A DNA stretch of 64,000 bases from assembly GCA_965214775.1 (NCBI GenBank), contig OZ243974.1, positions 2,496,001 to 2,560,000 of the forward strand. The letters run 5' to 3'. Position 1 is the first letter of the stretch. Each line of letters opens with the position of its first letter. The notes beneath the pieces were generated by a model. That model was not told the DNA's origin and ran no database searches. It saw only the letters and a list, made by a program, of their open reading frames with translations. Source of the stretch: Nitrosopumilus sp. (GTDB taxonomy: Archaea > Thermoproteota > Nitrososphaeria > Nitrososphaerales > Nitrosopumilaceae). The translations under genes and the position numbers were made by a program. Shown here piece after piece: positions 29,789-39,183 of the stretch.

Positions 29789-30136
29789 ATGCAGTATTTT
29801 CAAGCCCTAAAACTAGGACAAAAAAGGGTTGCCAAAGCAAGGGAATACCTGAATAGTCTGACTGATGGAAAGGCCATGCCTGCATTGGCACTTGTTGAGA
29901 ACAAATCAAGTGTATGGGAGCCCGTGGGCGAGGAGAATCTGTACGCATTTGTGGATGAATCTGCAGGTTTTGTTCTAACTGACAACAGTGGCTACATCTT
30001 GGCCCTGGTAGACAGGAGTGGGGCGTCTAAAACCATAGTTCAGGGAGTGACCAAGCCTCAAAAGGAAAGCCTGGAAAAAGCGTTTCAGGCAGACAGCATC
30101 CCGAAATTTGAAGGCAGGGTCATACTTCCAGTATAG
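29789..30136 (+). CDS. Hypothetical protein
   Basis: 115-aa ORF. Confidence 0.7.
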   Translation: MQYFQALKLGQKRVAKAREYLNSLTDGKAMPALALVENKSSVWEPVGEENLYAFVDESAGFVLTDNSGYILALVDRSGASKTIVQGVTKPQKESLEKAFQADSIPKFEGRVILPV

Positions 30137-30172
30137 CCAGAAAACGCAAGCCTTTAGTTATCATGTTGTGGA

Positions 30173-31408
30173 GTGGAAAAGGAAATGGGCAGATTTACCC
30201 AAGAAATTGAAGTTAGCGGACACCTGATTGACTCGATGATCCTGACTAAAATCTTTGACAAGGTCATGGATCTTAAAGGGGAATTCCAGGTTGAAGAAAT
30301 CAGCATCGGAAAAAGGAAAAAGGATCAATCATTTGCCAGGTTGCAAATCATCGCTAAAAATCAAAGGCATCTGGATGAAATTCTAAACACGGTTTATCGG
30401 GAAGGTGCAGTTTCCAAAATTCAAAAAGAAGTCGATTTGAAAAAATCCCCGAAAAATTACGTGATGCCTGATAATTTTTACAGCACAACTAACAACCACA
30501 CACAGGTTTTTCACAAAGGAGGATGGATTCAGGTTGAAAACATGATGATGGACAAATGTATTGTGGTAAAGTCAGGCAGGGCGTTTTGTGTTCCTGTAAG
30601 GGATGTGAAAAGGGGAGATGCCATTGTCGTCGGGGACAAGGGCGTCAAGATCACGCCTCCCGAAAGACCAAGGGAGGGGGTAAACGTATTTGAGTTCATG
30701 GGAAGTTCAAGTTCAAGCGAGAGGCCAACACAACATATTGCCAAAAAAGTGGCAGACGACATTTTTGAAACCAGAAAGAAAGGGGGGAAAATTGTAATCG
30801 TCGGAGGTCCTGCAATTGTACATACCGGTGCAGATGATGCGATTGCCGAATTGATAAGATCCGGCTACATTCACGGAGTTCTGGCAGGAAATGCGCTTGC
30901 AGTACATGATATAGAGTATGCAACGCTGGGCACCTCGTTGGGGATGAACGTGGATGATGCAACGCTGGCATACCACGGACATAGAAACCACATGGATGCA
31001 ATCAATGCCGTATTCAAGGCAGGCTCAATCCCCAACATGGTCAAGACCAAGAAACTTCAACGGGGGATCATGTACGAATGCGTAAAGAACAGAATCCCGT
31101 TTGTCCTGGCCGGCTCAATCCGTGATGATGGTCCGCTGCCTGATGTAATCACGGATGTCGCACAAGCTCAAAGGGAATACAAAAAGGTGCTAAAAGACGC
31201 AAGCATGGTCATCATGATTTCTACAATGCTTCACTCTATTGCAACGGGAAACATGCTTCCTGCAAATGTCAAGGTCATTGTTGTTGATATCAACCAGCCG
31301 ACTGTTACAAAACTCATGGACAGGGGGACATGGCAGGCACTGGGAATCGTATCTGATGTTGGCGCCTTTTTGCCCATGGTAGTACAGCAAATTAGAAAAA
31401 AGAGATAG
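30173..31408 (+). CDS. TIGR00300 / LOR-SDH bifunctional-domain family protein (ornithine cyclodeaminase-like)
   Basis: GHLIDS, FYSTTN, GNALAVHDIE, LAGSIRDDGPLP, MLHSIATGN. Confidence 0.88.
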   Translation: MEKEMGRFTQEIEVSGHLIDSMILTKIFDKVMDLKGEFQVEEISIGKRKKDQSFARLQIIAKNQRHLDEILNTVYREGAVSKIQKEVDLKKSPKNYVMPDNFYSTTNNHTQVFHKGGWIQVENMMMDKCIVVKSGRAFCVPVRDVKRGDAIVVGDKGVKITPPERPREGVNVFEFMGSSSSSERPTQHIAKKVADDIFETRKKGGKIVIVGGPAIVHTGADDAIAELIRSGYIHGVLAGNALAVHDIEYATLGTSLGMNVDDATLAYHGHRNHMDAINAVFKAGSIPNMVKTKKLQRGIMYECVKNRIPFVLAGSIRDDGPLPDVITDVAQAQREYKKVLKDASMVIMISTMLHSIATGNMLPANVKVIVVDINQPTVTKLMDRGTWQALGIVSDVGAFLPMVVQQIRKKR

Positions 31409-31663
31409 TCAAGAAGCAGCCTAGTATGCAGCAATCTCGTCCCGTTCGGGTCAAATTCTGATGGCAGTCTTTACAGGGGTAACCCGACTCATGGCGGCTG
31501 CACGCGGATCTGCAGGCGGCCTAACCTGACCTGTGTCAAACTTGGAGCCGTTTTTCCGGGAACTTCTGGGAAGGCCGGATGGACAAATTGACGGATTGAT
31601 GGATTTGTTTGCAGTCTCTACGTTGGTTATATGTTCATTTTTGCCACATTAACATTGCCCCTG

Positions 31664-31826
31664 AGAGATTATCCGAGGTTGAAAGCCGTGCAAGTCCGTG
31701 CCCTGATTTTTCTGTGCATCTGTCAAGTAATTTTACATACAGACAACCTGTCATTTGTAGGCACTAATCGATTTGATGCAGGTCCATTCGTGCATGATCC
31801 GAATCTGCCAATTTCGAATCAACACT
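31664..31826. mobile_element. Family-A MITE (long type)
   Basis: AGAGATTATCCG... / AATTTCGAATCAACACT; interior similar to 56341-56527. Confidence 0.7.
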
Positions 31827-31839
31827 CGTGGGTGCCCAA

Positions 31840-34800
31840 CTATGCCGGGGCCGTCGCCTGGCGATCTGCTGATCTTCTCAACCTGGATGCTATCCCCAGA
31901 ATGATGCACAAAAGCAGGGCTATGACTCCCGCGATTGCCGCGCTCGTGAGCAGATCCATGCCGGAGCCGGCCCGTACCGGAGCCGGCCACTCATCTGGCC
32001 GGATGTCTGCGCCGGTGTCTTGTGGTGGTGGAACGGTGTCGCCACCTGTCAGAACTATGGGCATGCACAAGCCGTCGATCAGCTCAACGCCCGGCCCGCA
32101 TCCGCTTGTCGGCACGATAGGAAGGCACACGCCGTCGATCAGCTCAACGCCCGGCCCGCATCCAAAGGATCCGGACAGGGTTACGTCCACCTGGATCGGT
32201 GCAGGTACCGCCGGTTGTCCCGACTCTCCTGTGTTAGGCTCGACGGGCTCCTCGCTGTCTATCAAGATGGTTTCAGGCGGCAAGAGCACCGTGCCATAGC
32301 CGAACTCTTCGTGGCCTGAGCAGGAACCCACGTTTATCGACTCCTTGTCGCGTAGCAGACTGCTGCCTAGGAACAGCGTCGCGTCGACCCCTATGTAGCT
32401 CTCCCCCTCATGCATCCGGGCTGTGAATACCCTGTATCCCACAGAATCAGCCAGCCCGTTGGTGGCAGGTACCTCGACGGCCCTCTGGGTACCATACTCG
32501 CTGGTGCGCACCGACACGGTCATGTCTCCAAAGTCTGGTTCGACAGTCGTCCTGATCTCCCCTGCGGTGCAGTCCCAAGATATGGACAGTATGTTGACCA
32601 AGTCTCCGCCTCCGCCTGACACTCGTCTGACATCCGAGTCACTAGATCTTGTGCTGCCGCCACCGCCGCCACCGCCGCCACCGCCACCGCCGCCACCGCC
32701 GCCTGATGGACGTCTGACGTCTGAGTCATCATTGGATCCCGAATCGCCGCCTGATGGTGGCAATCCTGTATCGCCGTCATCACTGTCATCATCATCATCA
32801 GTTGGGACAATCCCGATGAGTCCAATCAAGTTGTCTGGTGACTCTGCTATCGAGTTGCCATGCAGGTCTGATACGGCGCCAGCAGAGATGTCCAGCTGCG
32901 GGGTTCCCATGGGAGTCACCCGCAGCAGCTGGGACTCGACTAGCGTAAGTGAGAGGGTCTCGACGTCGGCGAATTCAAAGCCCTTCAATGCCCCGCCCAG
33001 CGGGACTGTGTCTGTCTGGTTTATGTCGCTGACATACAGCAGCGACAGGCTGGTCGCAGAGACATCTATGGTCTCGCTGAAGGTTATGGTCATGGCGCCC
33101 GTGTTCTCGTTGAGAGTCGCAGACGTAAATGTAGGCGGCAGGCTGTCGCGTACATCTACCGTCCTGGTGACGTCGTCGGGCACGTTGCCTGCCGCGTCTG
33201 CCGGCGCCGTATAGGTCACATTGTAGATTCCAACAGAGTCCACGCTGACCACACCTGACGGGGTCGCCGTCCCGTTGTAGGCAGGATCATTGTCAGTTAC
33301 GTTGGCGCCCAGCTCGGTGTAGGTGCCTCCCAGCTCGACGGTCACGGTCGCGTTTCCATTGAGCTCGATGACCGGCTTTGTGGTATCGCGCACATTCACT
33401 ATCCTGACTTCCGTTCCTGTGTTGTCATTGTCGTCAGTGGCAGTATACGTCACCTGATAGTCACCCATCTCGTTGACGTTGACACCAGAATGATCCGTAT
33501 CTACCGGCGAGCCGTCGTCTGCCGTGGCGCCCGGATCCGTGTACGGGGTGCCAAGCTCATGAACCAGCGGGTTTGCGCCTGTTATCGTGATTACGGGGGC
33601 GTTGGTGTCCTGTACTATGACGATGCGCTCTGCTGCATCGGGTGCATTGCCTGCGTCGTCTGCAGGCGCCGTATATCTTACAACATAGGTGCCAACTGCG
33701 TTGATATTTACCGTCTCGCCGCCGATGTCGACTGCACCTGCATAGGCCGGATCGTTGTCAGATACCGTGGCGCCCTGCTCCGTATACTGGGTGCCAAGCT
33801 GCAGGGTCAGCGATGGCGGGCCGTCGACGGCGATTACCGGCTTTGTGGTGTCCCGTACGGTTACCGTGCGCTCGGCCAGAGCTGGCGCGTTTCCGGCGTC
33901 ATCTGCTGGAGCCGTGTATGTCACGGTATAGGTGCCCGAAACACCGGTGTTCACTGCCGAGAAGTCGGCCGTGGCGGTCCCCGCATAGGCCGGATCGTTG
34001 TCAGATACCGTGGCGTCCGGATCGACGTACGGGTCTCCGAGCTCGTGGATCAGCGGGTCGTCGCCTGTCGGTGCAATGACGGGCGCCGTGGTGTCCTGTA
34101 CGGTTACCGTCCTAGTTGCCAGAGCTGGCACGTTTCCGGCGTCATCTGCTGGAGCCGTGTATGTCACGGTATAGGTGCCCGAAACACCGGTGTTCACTGC
34201 CGAGGAGTCGGCCGTGGCGGTCCCCGCATAGGCCGGATCGTTGTCAGATACCGTGGCGTCCGGATCGACGTACGGGTCTCCGAGCTCGTGGATCAGCGGG
34301 TCGTCGCCTGTCGGTGCAATGACGGGCGCCGTGGTGTCCTGTACGGTTACCGTCCTAGTTGCCGGAGCTGGCACGTTTCCGGCGTCATCTGCTGGAGCCG
34401 TGTATGTCACGGTATAGGTGCCCGAAACACCGGTGTTCACTGCCGAGGAGTCGGCCGTGGCGGTCCCCGCATAGGCCGGATCGTTGTCAGATACCGTGGC
34501 GCCCTGCTCCATGTAGTTACCTCCCAGCTCGACGGTCACGGTCGCGTTTCCGTTGAGTTCGATGACGGGCTTTGTGGTGTCCTGTACGATGACTGTTCTG
34601 TTGGCCGTCGCGATGTTGTTTGACGGATCGGTTGCAGTGTAGGTTACCACGTAGTTGCCGGACTGGTCGGCGTTCATGCCGGCCGAGTCATATGTCACCG
34701 TCCCGTCGTATTCCTGATCGTTGTCAGTGGCAGTGGCGCCGGCGTCCTGGTAATCATCGCCCAGCTCGACTGTGGCCGGGTCGTCTCCGGTTACTGTAAT

Positions 34801-37341
34801 GACCGGCGGTGTCGTATCGCGCACCAGCACGGTCCTGGAGGCCATGCCCTTGTTACCCTCCCCGTCGGTGGCGCTGAAGAACACGGGATAGTCGTCGATC
34901 GCATTGACGTCGACAGCGGTGGAATCAACGGTGACGGCAGAGCCGTCGCTTGCAGTGGCACCCGGATCTACGTAGGGACTGTCGCCAAGCTCGTGGGCCA
35001 GCGGGTTGGCACCGTTAAGCGCGATTACCGGGGCGTTTGTATCCTGGACTACAACGGTGCGGGTCATGGGATCGGGCTCGTTGTTCGCGGTGTCTGAAGG
35101 CGCCGTGTAGGTTATGGTGTAGATTCCCACGGTCGCCGTGTCCACGGTGCCGGTGGCAGTGACGTCCTCGTTGTAGAGCGGATCGTTGTCAGTTACGGTA
35201 GCGCCCTGCTCGGTGTACGTGTCGTCCAGCTCGACTGTCACGCTCTGGTTGCCGACAAGGGTTATGACCGGCTTTGTTGTGTCGCGCACATGCACGGTTC
35301 TGGTGGCCGTGCCTGTGTTGTTGTTCTCGTCAGTTGCGCTAAAGTCTACAGTATAGTCGCCTCTCACGTTGACCTTGACTGCCGTGGAATTAATTGTTAT
35401 AGCAGAGCCGTCGTCTGCCGTCGCTCCCGGATCCACGTACGGGTCGTCTCCAAGCTCATGTTGCAGCGGGTTGCTACCATTTAGTGTGATCACCGGGGCA
35501 TTGGTGTCCTGGACTATGACGGTGCGGGTCACCTCGTCGGGGACGTTGCCTGCGTCATCAGGCGGTGCAGTATATGTTACGGTGTATGTACCCACGGTAG
35601 TCACATCCACAGTGCCGGCAGCAGTGACTTCTCCGTCGTATGCAGGATCATTGTCAGATACACTGGCGCCCTGCTCCGTGTAGGTATCACCCATCTCGAC
35701 TGTCACAGTTGTATTTCCGTTTAGTGTTATAACAGGCTTTTCCGTGTCCGTGATGACCATGATCGGGTTGTCTGGCATCGAATCTATGGCGTTTCGGTGA
35801 AGATCCTCCACTGCGCCGACCACGATGTCAAGCTCCGGGGTGTCCATCGGGAGGATCTGGTCCAGCTGGGCCTGGGTGAGCGTCATGGATATGCTCACAG
35901 AGTCTGCCGCGGTGCTGTTGAACTCGGCGCCTGTAAGCGGCACGGTGTTTGTCTGGTTCACGTCGCTGACATACAGCAGTGACAGGTCGGTCTCCGAGAC
36001 GTCTAGTTCCTCGTTGAACTCGACGGTCATCTTGCTAGTTATCAGGTCCAAAACGGCGGATCTAAAGATGGGCCCAAACCCGTCGGGCAGGGGCTCCATC
36101 TTTACTATCTGGATGCCGGAGTCAGATATGCCCGGCACTACCGCATAGGTGGTACCGTCTGCCTCGAATGTCTTTACGGTCTGGGCTCCGTCAAGTAGCA
36201 GCTCGTCGGGGCCCTCGGTGTCCGTCAGCCTTCCGGCTCCGGCAGGAAATGCGGGGTCACTGACGTCGACTATCTGAAACGTGGTGGTGCTGTCGTGGTA
36301 GGAGATCACCGCCACGTAGACGGCAGAATCGATTCTAAAGGCATGCACATGCTGTGGGTCAAAGTGGGCCGAGGATCCGCGATCAGCCGGCAGGCTCCTG
36401 AACATGGTCGGATTGTAAGGATCCGCGATGTCGACTATGTGGAAAAAACTCTCATAGTCGTCGACCACCGCGGCGTAGAGGCGTGAGTCCACCTCGAAGA
36501 TGTCTGCATCGCTGGTGCTGTTAAGCAACGAATTACTGGTGCTCGTCAATTGTCCGGTGGGAGTCGGATTGCGGGGATCGTTGATGTCTACTATCTGAAC
36601 GCCGCCGGAGCCAGAGGCCACTATCGCATAGACACTGCTGCCTATCTCAAATATGTCCGCGCTGCGGCCGGCATCAAGCAGAAGGGACTCGTCGTCGGCC
36701 AGCCTCCCTATGAGATGTGGGTCGTACGGATCCGTCACGTTGATCATCCGGATGCCGCTGTTCCTCTCATCCACTGCCACCATGTAGGTATAGTTTCCGG
36801 TCGTGAATGTGTCCATGTAGGTGTTCCTGTATATGTTCAAGGTGGTGTTGCTCATGTGTACCGCGGCCTTTGGATCGGTGGGATCGGTGACGTTGATGAA
36901 CTGGATGCCTCCACTAGCACCACCGCTAATCGCCGCGTATGCATCACCCCTGATCTGAAAGACGTGTATCGCGCCTGGTTGGTACAGTGTAGGGATCTCC
37001 TTGTTTGTAAGCTGTCCTAGGCCGGCGGGCTCGTAGGGATCGGTGACATTGATCAGCTGAAGACCGTGGGGGCCAGTGCTGGCAAAGGGGCCTTCGCGCG
37101 TGGATACTGCCACGTATGTTTTGTCTCCGATCGTGTACAGATCCAAGCTGAGGGGCTCGGCGAGGATCAATCCCTCGCCGTTGGCCAGCTGACCTGCGGC
37201 AGTCACATTAAGATACCGAACTTGCAGTGCGTGCGCATCAGGTACAGGCTCGCCTGCCATCATTAGGCCTGTTGCTGACGCGATACATGCAATAAACACG
37301 TATGCTGCAATTGCGGTATTTGATGTGTGTATGAATGTCAT
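31840..37341 (-). CDS. 1833-aa surface protein: signal, LVIVD-like propeller, 11 DUF5011-like Ig repeats, Gly linker, C-terminal TM
   Basis: Repeated G.Q..(N/D)V.DP..P units; 11 PVI.L.G...Y...GA.......G.Y.VTY modules; hydrophobic termini. Confidence 0.88.
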   Translation of the reverse strand: MTFIHTSNTAIAAYVFIACIASATGLMMAGEPVPDAHALQVRYLNVTAAGQLANGEGLILAEPLSLDLYTIGDKTYVAVSTREGPFASTGPHGLQLINVTDPYEPAGLGQLTNKEIPTLYQPGAIHVFQIRGDAYAAISGGASGGIQFINVTDPTDPKAAVHMSNTTLNIYRNTYMDTFTTGNYTYMVAVDERNSGIRMINVTDPYDPHLIGRLADDESLLLDAGRSADIFEIGSSVYAIVASGSGGVQIVDINDPRNPTPTGQLTSTSNSLLNSTSDADIFEVDSRLYAAVVDDYESFFHIVDIADPYNPTMFRSLPADRGSSAHFDPQHVHAFRIDSAVYVAVISYHDSTTTFQIVDVSDPAFPAGAGRLTDTEGPDELLLDGAQTVKTFEADGTTYAVVPGISDSGIQIVKMEPLPDGFGPIFRSAVLDLITSKMTVEFNEELDVSETDLSLLYVSDVNQTNTVPLTGAEFNSTAADSVSISMTLTQAQLDQILPMDTPELDIVVGAVEDLHRNAIDSMPDNPIMVITDTEKPVITLNGNTTVTVEMGDTYTEQGASVSDNDPAYDGEVTAAGTVDVTTVGTYTVTYTAPPDDAGNVPDEVTRTVIVQDTNAPVITLNGSNPLQHELGDDPYVDPGATADDGSAITINSTAVKVNVRGDYTVDFSATDENNNTGTATRTVHVRDTTKPVITLVGNQSVTVELDDTYTEQGATVTDNDPLYNEDVTATGTVDTATVGIYTITYTAPSDTANNEPDPMTRTVVVQDTNAPVIALNGANPLAHELGDSPYVDPGATASDGSAVTVDSTAVDVNAIDDYPVFFSATDGEGNKGMASRTVLVRDTTPPVITVTGDDPATVELGDDYQDAGATATDNDQEYDGTVTYDSAGMNADQSGNYVVTYTATDPSNNIATANRTVIVQDTTKPVIELNGNATVTVELGGNYMEQGATVSDNDPAYAGTATADSSAVNTGVSGTYTVTYTAPADDAGNVPAPATRTVTVQDTTAPVIAPTGDDPLIHELGDPYVDPDATVSDNDPAYAGTATADSSAVNTGVSGTYTVTYTAPADDAGNVPALATRTVTVQDTTAPVIAPTGDDPLIHELGDPYVDPDATVSDNDPAYAGTATADFSAVNTGVSGTYTVTYTAPADDAGNAPALAERTVTVRDTTKPVIAVDGPPSLTLQLGTQYTEQGATVSDNDPAYAGAVDIGGETVNINAVGTYVVRYTAPADDAGNAPDAAERIVIVQDTNAPVITITGANPLVHELGTPYTDPGATADDGSPVDTDHSGVNVNEMGDYQVTYTATDDNDNTGTEVRIVNVRDTTKPVIELNGNATVTVELGGTYTELGANVTDNDPAYNGTATPSGVVSVDSVGIYNVTYTAPADAAGNVPDDVTRTVDVRDSLPPTFTSATLNENTGAMTITFSETIDVSATSLSLLYVSDINQTDTVPLGGALKGFEFADVETLSLTLVESQLLRVTPMGTPQLDISAGAVSDLHGNSIAESPDNLIGLIGIVPTDDDDDSDDGDTGLPPSGGDSGSNDDSDVRRPSGGGGGGGGGGGGGGGGSTRSSDSDVRRVSGGGGDLVNILSISWDCTAGEIRTTVEPDFGDMTVSVRTSEYGTQRAVEVPATNGLADSVGYRVFTARMHEGESYIGVDATLFLGSSLLRDKESINVGSCSGHEEFGYGTVLLPPETILIDSEEPVEPNTGESGQPAVPAPIQVDVTLSGSFGCGPGVELIDGVCLPIVPTSGCGPGVELIDGLCMPIVLTGGDTVPPPQDTGADIRPDEWPAPVRAGSGMDLLTSAAIAGVIALLLCIILGIASRLRRSADRQATAPA
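33845..34501 (-). repeat. 243-bp near-identical tandem repeat (~2.7 copies)
   Basis: Identical blocks recur at 33845, 34088 and 34331. Confidence 0.9.
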
Positions 37342-37455
37342 GGTTGCTACAGGCTGCCTATGTCATATCCGGGCCGCCCGTCGGGGGGGGGGGTGGCATG
37401 CAAGATATTCATATTGCATATTGTCATAATACATTATTAAAATTATAGTCATCAT

Positions 37456-37580
37456 AGAGTTGATTTGAAATTAGTAAATTTTGATCAAATGAGCACAATG
37501 TAGCATGCCAACCCGATCCAAATGCAGGCAAAATGTACACAATTCATAAAATTACTTGATAGATTGTCAAAAAACCCCCG
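37456..37580 (+). mobile_element. IS5 (family A) left-end fragment
   Basis: Matches 6626-6747. Confidence 0.85.
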
Positions 37581-37708
37581 GAGATTGTCGCCTGGTTTGA
37601 TACCTTGGCTCAATCTGCACATTTTTCTGAGTTTCTGCCCCTTTGCAACCTGACCCACATGGCATCCCAACGGCACTCAGGAATTCCAGCGACTTGCGCA
37701 AAACACCG
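37580..37708. mobile_element. Decayed family-D MITE
   Basis: TTTTTCTGA.TTTCTGCCC...TGGCATC.CAACG...CAGGAATTC is shared with 53946-54077. Confidence 0.6.
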
Positions 37709-37749
37709 GACATGCAGCATTGGAATGATGTAAACGATTACCTGAAAGG

Positions 37750-39114
37750 CTAGGGCAATTTTGTGGAAATCACAGATGTGGAACGGGTCTGCAATGCAGG
37801 AAGTGTTTGACGTTTAAGATCATCAAAGAATTTTTCAATCATTTGTATCCCTGAAACGATTTTTGGGGCGTTGTTTTTGACAAACTCCGTTCCATCAGAT
37901 GCTGATCTTGGCTTGTCTTCAAGATAGTTGTCAAAGACTTGGGCGCCATCATAATCCACAAAGGCAATTCTTGCACTAAAGTCATTTCTCTCCAGAACCA
38001 GGCTGTCGCCTCCCACGATTGCAGTATGGTATGGATGAACGATCAGCGCTTCGGATAACTTTTGGGATGTGTTGATCTTTGCCTCATGTAGCGCCGATGA
38101 GAATCCGTTGAAATCAGCCAGAAGGTAAAATGTGGATTCCGGTTTCGTTGCTTTGATGCCGTCAATGGACGACAGCGAGTTATACGTGTAATCTCCCATG
38201 ATGTGATGGATGTTTCTTGTTATCTCAAAGTACTCGTCCATCTCCCTGCTGATCTCAAATCCCGCAACTGCCGCATGCTGAACCGGCGTGGACACTGCGG
38301 TGTATTCTGTGGCAAGGATTTTTTTGAACTGTGATTTTAAATCCATGGCATGCTGCGGCATTATCGCATATCCCAGCCTGAATCCACCGGCAGCATGGGA
38401 TTTTGACAATCCGTTTGTCACAAAAGTCCCTTCGGGGTAGACCTTTCCCATGCTGACAAACCTTGAAAAATCGTATGTCGTTTGGGCGTAAATCTCATCA
38501 GAAATCACTGCAATGTTTAATTTCCTGCAGACGTCTGCAATTGCCTCCAATTCGGATTTGTCATAAACCATTCCGGTTGGATTGTGTGGGTTGTTCAGTA
38601 TGAGGATCTTCTGCCTGTCTTGCAATCTCAACGCTAGTTTTTCCAAGTCGTGTGGCGCGATTTTTTTATTGGCTCTGGCTGGCAGCATGTGATAGTTTTT
38701 CTTCAGGAATCTGATCTGGGGAAGATAACCCAGCCATGCAGGGGTTGGAAGAATGACAGTACCGTGCAAAATCTCCAATAAATTAAAAATCAGTTCTTTG
38801 GTGCCCGGACCAACAAAGATTCTGTCAGGAGACACATCCATCCCAAAATAGTGCTTGTTGTATTTTGAAATAGCGTTTCGTAATTCGGAAATTCCAGATA
38901 CCGGTGCATATTCGCCCTTGTGGGCATTTTTGATCAGTGCGCCCTGGACCAGTCTGGGCACGGGGAACGGGGACTGTCCAAATGCAAACCCGTAAAAGCC
39001 AAACCCGCACTCGGGACGGGTACAATCCGAATGAAATTCCTGCAAAAAGGTGTTCAGTTTCAGATTCTCAGGCATCTCTATGTCCTCTACCTGCTGGTCA
39101 ACTACGAATCTCAA
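37750..39114 (-). CDS. Class I/II PLP-dependent aminotransferase
   Basis: NNPHNPTG, SDEIY, GLSK....GFRLG. Confidence 0.92.
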   Translation of the reverse strand: MRFVVDQQVEDIEMPENLKLNTFLQEFHSDCTRPECGFGFYGFAFGQSPFPVPRLVQGALIKNAHKGEYAPVSGISELRNAISKYNKHYFGMDVSPDRIFVGPGTKELIFNLLEILHGTVILPTPAWLGYLPQIRFLKKNYHMLPARANKKIAPHDLEKLALRLQDRQKILILNNPHNPTGMVYDKSELEAIADVCRKLNIAVISDEIYAQTTYDFSRFVSMGKVYPEGTFVTNGLSKSHAAGGFRLGYAIMPQHAMDLKSQFKKILATEYTAVSTPVQHAAVAGFEISREMDEYFEITRNIHHIMGDYTYNSLSSIDGIKATKPESTFYLLADFNGFSSALHEAKINTSQKLSEALIVHPYHTAIVGGDSLVLERNDFSARIAFVDYDGAQVFDNYLEDKPRSASDGTEFVKNNAPKIVSGIQMIEKFFDDLKRQTLPALQTRSTSVISTKLP

Positions 39115-39183
39115 CGGCTAGTATCTGTAGTTTTGATTATTAGATAAGGCGTGAATCAGATAGCATCAACAAGTTAGCATTTG

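Noticed and set aside
33845-34501. DGR template/variable repeat pair
   Set aside because: Copies are tandem and coding, I saw no adenine-specific mismatch pattern, and there is no reverse transcriptase in the window
32020-37266. Many plus-strand ORFs up to 377 aa
   Set aside because: Shadow frames of the GC-rich 1833-aa gene
31664-37580. Composite transposon carrying the surface protein
   Set aside because: The right-hand element lacks an outer TIR and no shared target duplication is visible; kept only as adjacency
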